Assembly (NCBI GenBank): GCA_040755455.1
Contig: JBFMAY010000007.1
Coordinates: forward strand, 1 to 64,000
Source of the DNA: Thermodesulfobacteriota bacterium
GTDB lineage: Bacteria; Desulfobacterota; Desulfobulbia; Desulfobulbales; SURF-16
Direction of reading: 5' to 3'
DNA length: 64,000 bases
The first letter of the stretch is position 1. Every line of letters begins with the position of its first letter. The notes under the pieces are model-generated. The model searched no databases. It was not told the DNA's origin and saw only the letters and a list, made by a program, of their open reading frames with translations. Both the position numbers and the translations under genes were made by a program. Positions 28,273 through 38,876 of this stretch are shown in pieces.

Positions 28273-30453
28273 ATGAATATTGTCAAGGCGGTGATGATGG
28301 CCGCTGTGCTGATTCTCGTGCAGGCTTATGCCTTTTCCGTTTCCGCCAGTGTCGGCTACATGCGCATCAGTTATCTCGAAGGGGATGGCCAGATCATGAC
28401 CCCTGAGGCTGGAGAATGGGGGCTCCTGTCGATCAATACCCCCATCGGCGAGGGTGATCAGATCTGGATTCCGCAGGATGGCATAGGCGAACTGCAGCTC
28501 AACACCGGAACTTACATCAGACTTGACGGCAACACGTCGTTGCAGATACTTTCCATGGATCAGGATTCGTCACAGTTTTATCTCTCCCAGGGCAGCGCCT
28601 ATATTTATTACGATGCGCCGCGGGGCAGCGTTATTCAGGTGGATAATCCTGATGCCTCAACCCGGGCTTTTGACCGGGCGGTCTTCAGAATCGACACCGC
28701 GGACCAGTACACGGATGTGTCATGCTCCAAGGGATACGTTGAAACGGAGAACCAGATCGGCAATACCAGGGTAAACGCCGGTCAAATGGTGTCGCTTGGC
28801 CGGGATACCCACGGCGAGGTATCACCCATCGGCCCGCCTGATGAGTGGGAACTGTGGAACCGGGCCAGGAATGACCAACTTTTCCCACAACAAGACACGG
28901 GAGGGGGCTATTATCTGCCCAGCGAACTCAGGACCTATTCTCCCGAGCTGAATCGCAGCGGCAGGTGGGTGCAGGTCCCTCAATACGGGCATGTCTGGAC
29001 CCCGACGGTCATGGTCGGTGTGGACTGGGCTCCTTACCGGCATGGCAGATGGATATGGCGGGGGCATGATTATGTCTGGCTGTCTGACGAGCCCTGGGGA
29101 TGGGCGCCCTATCATTACGGCAGATGGGCTTTTGCTCCGGCCATCGGCTGGTTCTGGGTACCCCCTGCGACCGGTGCAGTTTACTGGGGCCCGGGATATG
29201 TAGGCTGGGCCAGGACGGAGGATCATGTGGCATGGGTGCCGCTGGCGCCCGGGGAAATATATTACGGCCGCGGCTATTACGGCCGACACAGTGTCAATAT
29301 CACCCATGTTGATATCAGGCGGGTCAATGTCACCAAGGTCTATAAGAACGTGTATGTCAACAACGGACCGACCGTTGTCAGCCAAAACCATTTTCACAGG
29401 GGTTTCCGGGATGATGATCATGTCGATATAAAAAATGTGAGGGAGAAAATATTTGTAAAAAATCATATGAGTCCTGGCACGCCTGACATAAAACCGGGTA
29501 AGGAGAGTTATTTTGTCTCGGACAGGCGGGTTCCTGAGGAGAAAATGCCTCCGCATCGGGTAAGGAACGTGCAGGTGAAAGAGTTGAAACAGGACCGCAA
29601 GCTTATCAGAGAGCGGGATAAATCTGTCCTGCACCCTGGCACCGGGCCGAAGGCGCTGCCGGTGAACACCGTCTCGACCCCGAGAACCCCTGGCAAGGGA
29701 AGGCATGTAATGCAGCAGGCCATGCCTGATGAGCAGAGGCAACCCGACGGCTCTGATGGCGACCGCGGCAGGAAAGAGGAACGCCAGCAGGTGCAGGTTG
29801 AGGAGCAGCGTCAGCCGGTAGCCCCTGATAATGGCCGCGGCAGGAAAGAGGAACGGAAACAGGTGCAGGTTGAGGAGCAGCAACAGCCGGTAGCCCCTGA
29901 TAATGGCCGCGGCAGGAAAGAGGAAAGAAAGCAGGTGCAGGTTGAGGAGCAGCAACAGCCGGTAGCCCCTGATAATGGCCGCGGCAGGAAAGAGGAAAGA
30001 AAGCAGGTGCAGGTTGAGGAGCAGCGTCAGCCGGTAGCCCCTGATAATGGCCGCGGCAGGAAAGAGGAAAGAAAGCAGGTGCAGGTTGAGGAGCAGCAAC
30101 AGCCGGTAGCCCCTGATAATGGCCGCGGCAGGAAGGAGGAACGGAAACAGGTGCAGGTTGAGGAGCAGCGTCAGCCGGTAGCCCCTGATAATGGCCGCGG
30201 CAGGAGAGAGGAAAGAAAGCAGGTGCAGGTTGAGGAGCAGCGTCAGCCCGTAGTAGTTCCTGATGCCGGCCGCGGCAGGAGAGAGGAAAGAAAGCAGGTG
30301 CAGGTTGAACAGCAGCGTCAGCCTGTAGGAGTTCCTGATGCCGACCGCGGCGCAAGAGGCAAAAAGAAGCAGGGGGAGCAGGCCGGTCAGCCTCAATGCG
30401 GCCCCGGACAGAAAGACGAATTCAATCCGGAAAAGTGCCCTCAGAGAAGGTAG
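28273..30453 (+). CDS. Secreted FecR-like/DUF6600 protein with a repetitive charged tail
   Basis: AAGGAGG SD; signal peptide; WAPYRHGRW..WGWAPYHYGRW..GWFWVP..WVPLAPGE. Confidence 0.8.
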   Translation: MNIVKAVMMAAVLILVQAYAFSVSASVGYMRISYLEGDGQIMTPEAGEWGLLSINTPIGEGDQIWIPQDGIGELQLNTGTYIRLDGNTSLQILSMDQDSSQFYLSQGSAYIYYDAPRGSVIQVDNPDASTRAFDRAVFRIDTADQYTDVSCSKGYVETENQIGNTRVNAGQMVSLGRDTHGEVSPIGPPDEWELWNRARNDQLFPQQDTGGGYYLPSELRTYSPELNRSGRWVQVPQYGHVWTPTVMVGVDWAPYRHGRWIWRGHDYVWLSDEPWGWAPYHYGRWAFAPAIGWFWVPPATGAVYWGPGYVGWARTEDHVAWVPLAPGEIYYGRGYYGRHSVNITHVDIRRVNVTKVYKNVYVNNGPTVVSQNHFHRGFRDDDHVDIKNVREKIFVKNHMSPGTPDIKPGKESYFVSDRRVPEEKMPPHRVRNVQVKELKQDRKLIRERDKSVLHPGTGPKALPVNTVSTPRTPGKGRHVMQQAMPDEQRQPDGSDGDRGRKEERQQVQVEEQRQPVAPDNGRGRKEERKQVQVEEQQQPVAPDNGRGRKEERKQVQVEEQQQPVAPDNGRGRKEERKQVQVEEQRQPVAPDNGRGRKEERKQVQVEEQQQPVAPDNGRGRKEERKQVQVEEQRQPVAPDNGRGRREERKQVQVEEQRQPVVVPDAGRGRREERKQVQVEQQRQPVGVPDADRGARGKKKQGEQAGQPQCGPGQKDEFNPEKCPQRR
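29731..30352 (+). repeat. Coding tandem repeat, 72-bp unit (EERKQVQVEEQRQPVAPDNGRGRK), ~8.5 copies
   Basis: GCCCCTGATAATGG recurs at 29821, 29893, 29965, 30037, 30109 and 30181; terminal copies are degenerate. Confidence 0.97.
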
Positions 30454-30482
30454 AAAAAACAGCAGAACAAAGAAGCTGATGG

Positions 30483-30510
30483 AAAGAGGGTCTTGCGACC
30501 CTCTTTTTTT
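30483..30510 (+). terminator. Rho-independent terminator
   Basis: AAAGAGGGTC-TTGC-GACCCTCTTT followed by a T run. Confidence 0.8.
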
Positions 30511-30574
30511 GTGCAAAAGTTGTGATGCTCTCCGGCATCCAGACGCAGAGTGGTGTCTGCCGGCGGATTGCCGC

Positions 30575-31411
30575 TCAGTTCTGCTTGGTCTTGCTGCTGA
30601 GCAGTCTGTCCAGTTCACTGACGATAAAATCGAGGTGTATTTTTTCCTCTTGGGCCAACTGGTGGAACAGCTCTCTGCTTTTTTCGTCAGGGCTTTTGCG
30701 GGCAACCCTGCTGTAGAGATCCTGGGCCTGCGTTTCGAGCATCATGGCCAGGAACAGGATGTCCTGCTGGTCATGGAGATGCTGCTGGAAGTGGTTTAAA
30801 ATCGCCTCCCGGCTGAAGCCGCCTTCCATGATATTGCTCTGTTTGTCTATTCTGGGAATGTCCGCCGCGGGCGGTTTGAAATCGGCGATCAGCTTGGCCT
30901 TGTGTTTGTCCTCAAAGCTTGCCAGCCGCAGAAGCAGATCCTTTCCCTCCGGGTTGTCGCATTTTTGGGCAAAGGCGAGATAAAGCTGCTGCAGGCCTTC
31001 CTCCATGGTGTAGGCCATGGTGAAGGCGTCCTTGTATTCCCCTGAGAGGAAAAATTCCATGCCCAGGGTTTCCGGGCCTTTGGCCTTGAAACCGTTCCAT
31101 GCCTTGATGCCGCCGGAAATGTTGTAGACCTCGGTGAAATTGCTGCCCTGCAGGATCTGGCTGGCGGCCTTGCTGCGCCCGCCGATGGCGCAGTACACCA
31201 GGGTCGGTTTGGCCGGGTCAAGTTCGTTAATCCTTGACATCAGCTCCTTGACGGGAATAAGAATGGCGCCCGGCAGATGTTCGAGTTCGTATTCCCCGGG
31301 CTGCCGGACATCGAGAAGCTGATAGCTGTCAGCCGGGTTTTCCTTCAGGAAGGCGCGGGCCTCATCGGCATCCATGTTCTTTGACAGCTGAAATAAGCTT
31401 TTCCAGTTCAT
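30575..31411 (-). CDS. Rhodanese plus ferritin/rubrerythrin-like domain protein
   Basis: LLDVRQPGEY..HLPGA..YCAIGGRS; two E..ExxH ferritin-like helix pairs (FEDKH, EEKIH). Confidence 0.85.
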   Translation of the reverse strand: MNWKSLFQLSKNMDADEARAFLKENPADSYQLLDVRQPGEYELEHLPGAILIPVKELMSRINELDPAKPTLVYCAIGGRSKAASQILQGSNFTEVYNISGGIKAWNGFKAKGPETLGMEFFLSGEYKDAFTMAYTMEEGLQQLYLAFAQKCDNPEGKDLLLRLASFEDKHKAKLIADFKPPAADIPRIDKQSNIMEGGFSREAILNHFQQHLHDQQDILFLAMMLETQAQDLYSRVARKSPDEKSRELFHQLAQEEKIHLDFIVSELDRLLSSKTKQN

Positions 31412-31468
31412 TGCAATCCCCCCCTCTCTATGTTATGCGGTTCTTTTTCTTGGTAAGGTATATCAACA

Positions 31469-32704
31469 TTACGGATTATCCGCTATTTTTTCAAGCAGAT
31501 TAACAAGTTGATCCCGCATATTTTTCGGCTGGTTCAGCAGGACAACAAAGGGGATTGTGGCTGCTTCCCTGGGGAAATAGCCCGCATAGCAGTAAACGCC
31601 GGTCAGGGTGCCGGACTTGATCAGGCGGCCTTTGTCCATGGGCAGCAGATGGGCATAAGGCCGGAAGGCCTGCAGAATTTTCACCAGGGTGGCGGGGGTG
31701 ACGTGATTGTTTCGCGACAGGCCTGACCCCTCAACCATGCTGATCTGCTCTTCGCTCAGGCCAAGGGAGGAAAGAAAGATGCGGAAGACATCACGGCTTT
31801 TCCGCCAGGTGGCCGGGTAGCCCTTTTCCTTTGCCCCGCATATGAGAAAAAGCTGGTTGGCGATGAAGTTGTTGGAGTAGCGTAACAGCCCGGCGATAAC
31901 CTGGTCAAGGGGCTGACTCGATCTATGGGTCATCATGAGCTTTGCCTCCCCGGGCACGGCTTTCCTGGCAATGGCGCCCTGGCCTTTGATGCCCAGCCGT
32001 TGCTGCAGGCCGCGGAACAGTTCACCGGTGTGGATGAGAATATCCTGGTGATCGTTGGTCAGATTAATGCGGTGGGTGCCGGCCGGCAGGTTTTTCCCCA
32101 GGCGCAGCATGATGGGCAGGGTGGGGGTCTGCGGTTCGGCCGAGGCAATCGTCCCGTCAGGAGCTTTGCTGAAGTTGATGGTGTTGAAATTGGCGGCCAG
32201 GGCGCTGTTGGCCGCGTCATAGGGATTAAGGCTGTCGCTGCGGCCGTCCGCCTGCTGATCAAGCTGGAAGGCCTCGGCATCGAGGAAAATATTGTTGATG
32301 GTGCCGACTCCCTGCTGCTGCAGGGTTTGCAGGATGACGGCAATCTCTTCCGAGGTGAGAAAGGGATCGCCATAGCCCTTGATATACAGATCGCTTGGGC
32401 CTGCCAGATAAAATTCCGTGCGGAAATGGAAATCCACACCAAGTATCTGCAGGGCGCCAAGCGATGTAACGATTTTCAGGGTGCTTGCCGGAATAAAAGG
32501 GGTATGCGCATTTTTAGCGGCAAGGGGTTTGTCGTTTGCGCCGACCAGATAACCGCCGTTGGCGATAAGGCTGTCGATCTTGTATAGAATGCGCTCTTTT
32601 TCCCCTGCGGCAAGGCAGGGACCGGCGGAGAGCAGGGTGAAAAGATAAAGAAAAAAACAGGGCATTGCCGTATGCAGCAACGCCCTGTTTGTGGTTGCAA
32701 CCAT
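31469..32704 (-). CDS. dacB: D-Ala-D-Ala carboxypeptidase/endopeptidase (PBP4, peptidase S13)
   Basis: PASTLK, GYGDP, SNN, EGSGLSR, KSGTL. Confidence 0.88.
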   Translation of the reverse strand: MVATTNRALLHTAMPCFFLYLFTLLSAGPCLAAGEKERILYKIDSLIANGGYLVGANDKPLAAKNAHTPFIPASTLKIVTSLGALQILGVDFHFRTEFYLAGPSDLYIKGYGDPFLTSEEIAVILQTLQQQGVGTINNIFLDAEAFQLDQQADGRSDSLNPYDAANSALAANFNTINFSKAPDGTIASAEPQTPTLPIMLRLGKNLPAGTHRINLTNDHQDILIHTGELFRGLQQRLGIKGQGAIARKAVPGEAKLMMTHRSSQPLDQVIAGLLRYSNNFIANQLFLICGAKEKGYPATWRKSRDVFRIFLSSLGLSEEQISMVEGSGLSRNNHVTPATLVKILQAFRPYAHLLPMDKGRLIKSGTLTGVYCYAGYFPREAATIPFVVLLNQPKNMRDQLVNLLEKIADNP

Positions 32705-32713
32705 ACCTGTCAG

Positions 32714-34060
32714 TTAAATTTTCGGCAGATTCTTGGTGGCTTCGGCGATGGCCTCTGCCGGATACTCGTAGTTGTGCAGTTCTCCGGCGTAGTATTTTTC
32801 ATAGCTTGACAGGTCAAGCAGACCATGGCCTGAAAAGTTGAAGAGGATGGTCTGCGGGTCATTGAGATCACGGGTGGCCTCAATGATCGCCGCCCGGATG
32901 GCATGACAGGTCTCCGGCGCAGGAATTATGCCCTCGGTCTGGGCAAAAAGACGGCCCGCCTCGAAACACTCCAGCTGATGCACGCTTATCGGTTCAATCA
33001 GTTTTTCCCGGACCAGGGCCGAGACGATGGGCGACATGCCGTGATAGCGCAGACCGCCGGCATGGATGCCCGGCGGAATGAAATCATGACCCAGGGTGTA
33101 CATGTAGAGCAGGGGGGTCTGGCGGGCGACATCGCCGTAGTCATAGGCATAGACGCCGCGGGTCAGTGTGGGGCAGGAGGCCGGCTCCACGCCGACAAAG
33201 CGGATCTTTTTCCCTTCCAGTTTGTCTGTGAGAAAAGGAGTCATCATGCCGGCATAGTTGGAGCCGCCGCCGCAGCAGCCGATAACCACATCCGGATAGG
33301 CGCCGATTTTGGCCAGCTGTTTTTTTGATTCCAGGCCGATGATGGACTGATGCAGGATCACATGGTTGAGCACCGAGCCCAGGGCGTATTTGGTATCCTC
33401 CCGGGTGGAGGCATCCTCCAGGGCCTCGCTGATGGCGATGCCCAGTGAGCCCGCGGTGTCCGGCATATTCTCCAGGATCTTGCGGCCGAAGGCGGTGTCG
33501 GGACTCGGGCTGGCGACTATTTCCGCGCCATAGGTGTTCATCATGATCTTGCGGTACGGTTTCTGGTCAAAGGAGACGCGCACCATGTATACCTTGCATT
33601 CCAGGCCGAATTTGTGGGTGGCAAAAGACAGGGCGCTGCCCCATTGTCCGGCGCCGGTCTCGGTGGACAGGCGTTTGACCCCTTCCCGCTTGTTATAATA
33701 GGCCTGGGCCACGGAACTGTTGGTCTTGTGGCTGCCGGAGGGGGAGACGCCTTCGTTTTTGTAGTAGATCTTGGCCTTGGTTCCTAGGCCCGCCTCAAGG
33801 GCATAGGCCCGCACCAGGGGGGTCGGCCGCCAGATATGATAAATCTCCTGCACCTCTTCGGGGATATCGATCCAGCTTTTATCGCTCATCTCCTGCTCGA
33901 GCAGGCCCATGGGGAAAACAGGGGCGAGTTTTTCCGGTCCCATCGGTTTTTTGGTCTCAGGATCCAGGGGCGGATCGATGCCGTTTGGTATGTCCGGCAT
34001 GACATTATACCATTGGGTCGGCATTTCATTTTCGTCGAGAAGAATTTTTTTCTGTTTCAT
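32714..34060 (-). CDS. trpB2: TrpB2 tryptophan synthase beta-like PLP enzyme
   Basis: [37 protein letters not shown]. Confidence 0.95.
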   Translation of the reverse strand: MKQKKILLDENEMPTQWYNVMPDIPNGIDPPLDPETKKPMGPEKLAPVFPMGLLEQEMSDKSWIDIPEEVQEIYHIWRPTPLVRAYALEAGLGTKAKIYYKNEGVSPSGSHKTNSSVAQAYYNKREGVKRLSTETGAGQWGSALSFATHKFGLECKVYMVRVSFDQKPYRKIMMNTYGAEIVASPSPDTAFGRKILENMPDTAGSLGIAISEALEDASTREDTKYALGSVLNHVILHQSIIGLESKKQLAKIGAYPDVVIGCCGGGSNYAGMMTPFLTDKLEGKKIRFVGVEPASCPTLTRGVYAYDYGDVARQTPLLYMYTLGHDFIPPGIHAGGLRYHGMSPIVSALVREKLIEPISVHQLECFEAGRLFAQTEGIIPAPETCHAIRAAIIEATRDLNDPQTILFNFSGHGLLDLSSYEKYYAGELHNYEYPAEAIAEATKNLPKI

Positions 34061-34238
34061 GGTCTCTCCCTGATGAAGTAAGGTGAAATATGGGCATTAA
34101 CCTGGTAAATACTTGCACTAAAAAAGACTCATTCATCCTGCCGGGACCGTCAGGCCTTGGTATTCGCGGATGAATTTGGCAGGTATAATTACCCCGAAAG
34201 CGCAGATCTGTCAAAGTGAAAAGGGGGAAAACAGGTCA

Positions 34239-34267
34239 TTGACAAAGAGTTTGCCCTGATATATCTT
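34239..34267 (+). promoter_or_regulatory. Putative sigma70 promoter of the gmhA-hem operon
   Basis: TTGACA-17 bp-TATCTT. Confidence 0.45.
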
Positions 34268-34302
34268 TGAGCGCTTCACAAACAATCAGGAATAATGGAT
34301 TC

Positions 34303-34899
34303 ATGGAAAATATTCTCCGGCGCAGTCTGGCCGATTCAATAGCAGCCAAGCAGGATTTTTACCGGGACCACCGGCAGCAGCTCTTTTTGCTGGTGGACTG
34401 GGTTATTGACTGTTTCCGGTCGGGCAACAAGCTGATGATCTGCGGCAACGGCGGCAGTGCGGCGGACGCCCAGCATCTGGCGGCGGAATTCGTCAACCGT
34501 TTCCTCATCAACCGGGCGCCGCTGCCGGCCATTGCCCTGACCACGGACACCTCGATTCTCACCAGCGTAGGCAATGATTTTTCCTACGATGATATCTTCG
34601 CCAAGCAGGTCGAGGCCCTGGGCAAAAGCGGTGACATTCTCCTGGGTATCTCAACCAGCGGCAATTCACCCAATGTGGTGCGGGCCTTTGACGCGGCGAA
34701 AAAGATCGGGGTAAGGACCGTGGTGCTCACCGGCGGCAGCGGCGGCAGACTGGCGGGCGAGGCGGAGCTTGTGCTCACCGTGCCGAGCGCCAAGACCCCC
34801 CATATCCAGGAGGCCCATCTGTGGATCGAGCATATGCTGTGCTGGCTGGTTGATGAGCGGCTTTTCGGCAGCCTGCGGGACGAGAATGAGGCCAAATGA
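34303..34899 (+). CDS. gmhA: D-sedoheptulose 7-phosphate isomerase
   Basis: CGNGGSAADAQH, ISTSGNS, IQEAH. Confidence 0.95.
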   Translation: MENILRRSLADSIAAKQDFYRDHRQQLFLLVDWVIDCFRSGNKLMICGNGGSAADAQHLAAEFVNRFLINRAPLPAIALTTDTSILTSVGNDFSYDDIFAKQVEALGKSGDILLGISTSGNSPNVVRAFDAAKKIGVRTVVLTGGSGGRLAGEAELVLTVPSAKTPHIQEAHLWIEHMLCWLVDERLFGSLRDENEAK

Positions 34900-35843
34900 G
34901 CAGAAAACCCATTGATTTAAACGGGCTGCATACCTATTCCGTGCACGGCCGCTTCAGTAAGGTGACAGTCGACCACTTTGCCAGAACCGTGGGGACCGGG
35001 GCCACGGTGCGTGATTTGCTTGCCTCGCTGCCGGCGCAGTTTGCCGGGGTTGATTTCCCGGACCTGATAAACCGCCTGGCCGCGGCCCACAGCAACGGCA
35101 GGCCCGTAATCATCGGCATGGGGGCCCATGTCATCAAGGTGGGGCTTAATCCCCTGCTCATTGATCTCATGGAGCGTTCCATCATCACCGGCATTGCCTT
35201 AAACGGGGCCGGCATCGTCCATGACACCGAGATCGCCATGGTGGGGCGCACCTCCGAGGATGTGGGCCAGGTGCTGGGCACCGGCGCCTTCGGGGCGGCC
35301 AGGGAAACCGGCGAAGAGGTGAACGCGGCCATCAGCCGCGGCGCGGCGAAAAATATCGGCCTGGGCCAGGCCATGGGGGAATATCTCGTTGAACGGGATT
35401 TCCCTTATAATAACATGAGCCTGCTTGCCTCGGCCCACCGGCTCGGCGTGCCGGTGACCGTGCATGTCGCGGTGGGGACCGATATCGTCCATATCCATCC
35501 TTCCGCCGACGGTGCCGCCATCGGCCAGACCAGCCATTATGATTTCCGCCTTTTCTGCACCCTGATCAGCGAACTTGAAGGCGGGGTCTATCTGAACATC
35601 GGCTCAGCCGTGCTGCTGCCCGAGGTTTTTCTCAAGGCCATTACCGTGGTGCGAAACCTTGGCCATCAGGTGGAGAATTTCACCACGGCCAATTTTGACT
35701 TTATCCGCCATTACCGGCCCATGACCAACGTGGTGAACCGTCCCACCGCAGGCGGCGGCAAAGGATTCAATTTCACCGGCCATCATGAGCTGATGATCCC
35801 GCTCCTGGTGGCGGGACTGCTGGATAGACTGGCGGCGGGCTGA
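34896..35843 (+). CDS. Conserved hypothetical protein (deoxyhypusine-synthase-like fold suspected), translationally coupled to gmhA
   Basis: MGAHVIKVG, NGAGIVHD, GSAVLLPEVFLKA, GHHELM; ATGA overlap. Confidence 0.7.
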   Translation: MSRKPIDLNGLHTYSVHGRFSKVTVDHFARTVGTGATVRDLLASLPAQFAGVDFPDLINRLAAAHSNGRPVIIGMGAHVIKVGLNPLLIDLMERSIITGIALNGAGIVHDTEIAMVGRTSEDVGQVLGTGAFGAARETGEEVNAAISRGAAKNIGLGQAMGEYLVERDFPYNNMSLLASAHRLGVPVTVHVAVGTDIVHIHPSADGAAIGQTSHYDFRLFCTLISELEGGVYLNIGSAVLLPEVFLKAITVVRNLGHQVENFTTANFDFIRHYRPMTNVVNRPTAGGGKGFNFTGHHELMIPLLVAGLLDRLAAG

Positions 35844-35981
35844 TTTGCCCGCTCCTACGGATCGAATACTTTCATTGTTTGTTTTCCCGTTTGCCGGGAT
35901 GGCGGGTTAGCCGGCAGAGTGCAGGGAGCCCACCGTAGGGGCGGTTCAGGCCGCACTGGAATGATGAGGAGAGTGATAATC

Positions 35982-36200
35982 ATGCCGCTGTTTGATTTTA
36001 AATGCCGCAAGTGCGGCAACGAGTTTGAGACCCTGGTGATGGGCAGCGCCAAGCCTGCCTGTCCCAAGTGTCAGAGTGAGGATCTGGAAAAATTGATGTC
36101 ATCCTATGCCTGCTGCCGGCCAAAGGGTGGCACGGAATCATCGTCCACCGGATCCGGTTGTACGGGCTGCGCCGGAGGGAATTGTGCGAGTTGCCATTAA
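35982..36200 (+). CDS. FmdB-family zinc-ribbon protein
   Basis: MPLFDFKCRKCGNEFE..CPKC..Cys-rich tail. Confidence 0.85.
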   Translation: MPLFDFKCRKCGNEFETLVMGSAKPACPKCQSEDLEKLMSSYACCRPKGGTESSSTGSGCTGCAGGNCASCH

Positions 36201-36265
36201 CCAGGGGGATAAATCCATCGTTATACAAAACCCCAAACCGAAATCCATCGCATAAAGGGAAAATA

Positions 36266-37201
36266 ATGCAGAAAACAATCAGAATAGGAACTCGGGCAAG
36301 CCTGCTGGCCATGGCGCAGAGTACCAACATCAAAAACCTCATCGAAGCCCAATACCCTGGTGTCCAGGTGGAACTGGTGAAGATTGTCACCAAGGGCGAC
36401 AAGATTCTTGACGTGCCGCTGGCCAAGGTCGGCGGCAAGGGCCTTTTTGTCAAGGAGATCGAGGACGCCATGCTGCAGCACGAGGTTGACATTGCCGTGC
36501 ACAGCATGAAGGATGTGCCGGCCGAGCTGCCGGAAGAGCTGCATCTCGGCATCATCACCAAACGGGAAGACCCCAGGGACGCCTTTATCTCAAACGCTTT
36601 CAAGACCCTGGCCGATCTGCCCCAGGGGGCCAGGGTGGGCACCAGCAGCCTGCGCCGCAAATCCCAGCTCGGCCTGATGCGCAGCGACCTGATTATTTCC
36701 GACCTGCGCGGCAATCTCGATACCCGGCTGAGAAAGCTTGACGAAAAGCAGTACGATGCCATAATCCTGGCCGCCGCCGGTCTGAACCGGCTGAAAATGT
36801 CGGCCCGGGTCGCCTCCTTTTTCAACCCCACCGACATGCTGCCCGCAGTGGGACAGGGGGCCGTGGGCATCGAACTGCGCAAGGCCGATACAGAACTTCT
36901 TGCCGCGCTAGCCTTTTTGGCTGACGAAACAACGGCGGTGGCGGTGCGGGCGGAACGCTCCTTTCTCCACCGGCTGGAGGGCGGCTGCCAGGTGCCCATC
37001 GGCGCCTTTGCCGAACTGCAGGGAGGGCGGGTGACCATCACCGGGCTTGTCGCCTCGGTGAACGGCGCAAAAATGATCAAAAGACAGATGACCGGCGATG
37101 CCGCTGATGCGGAAAATTTAGGCACGAGACTGGCGGAAGAGCTTCTTGCCAATGGCGGCGGGGCGATCCTTGCCGAGGTTTATGGAAAAGAAATTGACTG
37201 A
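36266..37201 (+). CDS. hemC: Hydroxymethylbilane synthase
   Basis: IGTRASLLA, GKGLFVKEIE, AVHSMKD, GTSSLRR, LEGGCQVP. Confidence 0.97.
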   Translation: MQKTIRIGTRASLLAMAQSTNIKNLIEAQYPGVQVELVKIVTKGDKILDVPLAKVGGKGLFVKEIEDAMLQHEVDIAVHSMKDVPAELPEELHLGIITKREDPRDAFISNAFKTLADLPQGARVGTSSLRRKSQLGLMRSDLIISDLRGNLDTRLRKLDEKQYDAIILAAAGLNRLKMSARVASFFNPTDMLPAVGQGAVGIELRKADTELLAALAFLADETTAVAVRAERSFLHRLEGGCQVPIGAFAELQGGRVTITGLVASVNGAKMIKRQMTGDAADAENLGTRLAEELLANGGGAILAEVYGKEID

Positions 37202-38744
37202 TACAGCAAAACCAAACAGAGGCAAGGCCTACCTGGTCGGCGCCGGCCCCGGCGATCCGGGCCTTATCACCGTGCGCGGCCTGGAGATTCTGAAAAAAGC
37301 GGAAGTCATCATCTATGACTATCTGGCCGGGGAAAAACTGCTCAAATACGTGCCGGAGGAAGCCGAGTTCATCTACGCCGGCAAAAAGGGCGGGGTCAAG
37401 CATACCCATACCCAGGATGAGATCAATGCGATGCTGGTTGACCGGGTGAAAAGCGGCAAAAGGGTTGTCCGGCTCAAAGGCGGCGACCCCTTTATCTTCG
37501 GCCGGGGCGGCGAGGAGCTTGAGGAGCTGGTCAAGGCCGGCCTGCCCTTTGAGGCGGTGCCCGGCGTCACCTCCGCCTCCGCCGCCGCAACCTTTGCCGG
37601 GGTGCCCATCACCCACCGCCGCTACACCTCGTCCGTGGCCTTTATCACCGGCCATGAGGACCCGGACAAGGAAAGCTCCAACATCGCCTGGGACAAAATC
37701 TCAACCGGCGTCGGCACCCTGGTTTTTTACATGGGCATCAAGAACCTGGAGTCAATCACCGCCAATCTGATAAAGCACGGCCGCGACCCCAAGACACCGG
37801 TGGCGGTGGTGCGCTGGGCCTCCCGGCCCAACCAGAAATCAGTGGTCGGCACCCTGGACAACATCGCCGAAATCGTCAGGGCCAATGACATCAAACCCCC
37901 GGCCCTGACCATTGTCGGCGAGGTGGTCAAGCTGCGCGATACCATCAACTGGTATGAGCAGCGCCCCCTTTTCGGTAAACGCATCGTCGTCACCCGCACC
38001 AGGGAGCAGGCCAGCGATCTGGTGGCCCTGCTGGAGGAGAACGGCGCCAACTGTCTGGAATTCGCCACCATCTCCATCCATCCCCCGGATTCCTGGGATG
38101 AACTGGATAATGCCCTGCAGCGGTTGGGCGACTTCCAGTGGCTGGTTTTTACCAGCATCAACGCCATCCACGCCTTTTTCGGCCGTCTCTATGCCAAGGG
38201 CCTGGACACCCGGGCCCTGGCCACCTGCAAGATCGCCGCGGTGGGCAAGGTGACCGATGACTGCCTGCGCGCCTACGGGCTGATCAGCGATCTGCTGCCT
38301 GAAAAATTCACCGCCGAGGGGCTGGCCAAGGCCTTTGAAAAGATGGGGGTGGACGGCCAGGCCATTCTCATCCCCAGGGCGCTCAAGGCCAGGGAGATCC
38401 TGCCGGCCAGGCTGGGACAGGCCGGCGCCAAAGTGAGCGTGGTGACGGTTTACCAGAACAAGCGGCCGGAAGGCACGTATGAAACCCTGCGGGCCAAGCT
38501 GGCCAACAAGGATGTGGATATCGTCACCTTCACCAGTTCGTCCACCGTGACCAACTTTATCGACATGATCGGCGTGAAAGACAAACAGGAACTGCAGGAG
38601 CTGATGCGCGGCATCAAGATTGCGGCCATCGGCCCGGTCACCGGCAAGACCATCGAGGAAAACGGCCTCAAGGTCGACATCCAGCCGCAGACCTACACCA
38701 TCCCCGATCTGGTGGATGCCATCGTCAAAGACGCCCGTTCCTGA
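37182..38744 (+). CDS. cobA/hemD: Fused uroporphyrinogen-III C-methyltransferase / uroporphyrinogen-III synthase
   Basis: LVGAGPGDPGL, RLKGGDPFIFGRGGEE; HemD FTSINA, FTSSSTV, IGPVT; start uncertain (37182 or 37194). Confidence 0.95.
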   Translation: MEKKLTDTAKPNRGKAYLVGAGPGDPGLITVRGLEILKKAEVIIYDYLAGEKLLKYVPEEAEFIYAGKKGGVKHTHTQDEINAMLVDRVKSGKRVVRLKGGDPFIFGRGGEELEELVKAGLPFEAVPGVTSASAAATFAGVPITHRRYTSSVAFITGHEDPDKESSNIAWDKISTGVGTLVFYMGIKNLESITANLIKHGRDPKTPVAVVRWASRPNQKSVVGTLDNIAEIVRANDIKPPALTIVGEVVKLRDTINWYEQRPLFGKRIVVTRTREQASDLVALLEENGANCLEFATISIHPPDSWDELDNALQRLGDFQWLVFTSINAIHAFFGRLYAKGLDTRALATCKIAAVGKVTDDCLRAYGLISDLLPEKFTAEGLAKAFEKMGVDGQAILIPRALKAREILPARLGQAGAKVSVVTVYQNKRPEGTYETLRAKLANKDVDIVTFTSSSTVTNFIDMIGVKDKQELQELMRGIKIAAIGPVTGKTIEENGLKVDIQPQTYTIPDLVDAIVKDARS

Positions 38745-38790
38745 CCCCGTGGGGTTGGTGTATTCCGCTAGAATTTTACTGAGATTTGCA

Positions 38791-38837
38791 TAAAAAAGCC
38801 GAGTTGCCCAGAAAAGGGCGGCCCGGCTTTTTTTTTA
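38791..38837. terminator. Bidirectional terminator after cobA/hemD
   Basis: AAAAAAGCCGAGTTGCCC..GGGCGGCCCGGCTTTTTTTT. Confidence 0.8.
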
Positions 38838-38876
38838 TCCGGGGAAAATAATTTTGTCAGCCATCTCTTTGTTTGT

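Noticed and set aside
29731..30352. CRISPR array
   Set aside because: Contiguous in-frame 72-bp units with no unique spacers and no cas genes
28822..30705. 627-aa minus-strand ORF (and 29606..30355)
   Set aside because: Antisense shadow of the DUF6600 gene and its stop-free repeat
35998..37152. Long opposite-strand or alternate-frame ORFs (also 58112..59320, 20564..21577, 53945..54736, 11929..12672)
   Set aside because: They overlap well-supported genes and show no motifs; typical GC-rich shadow ORFs
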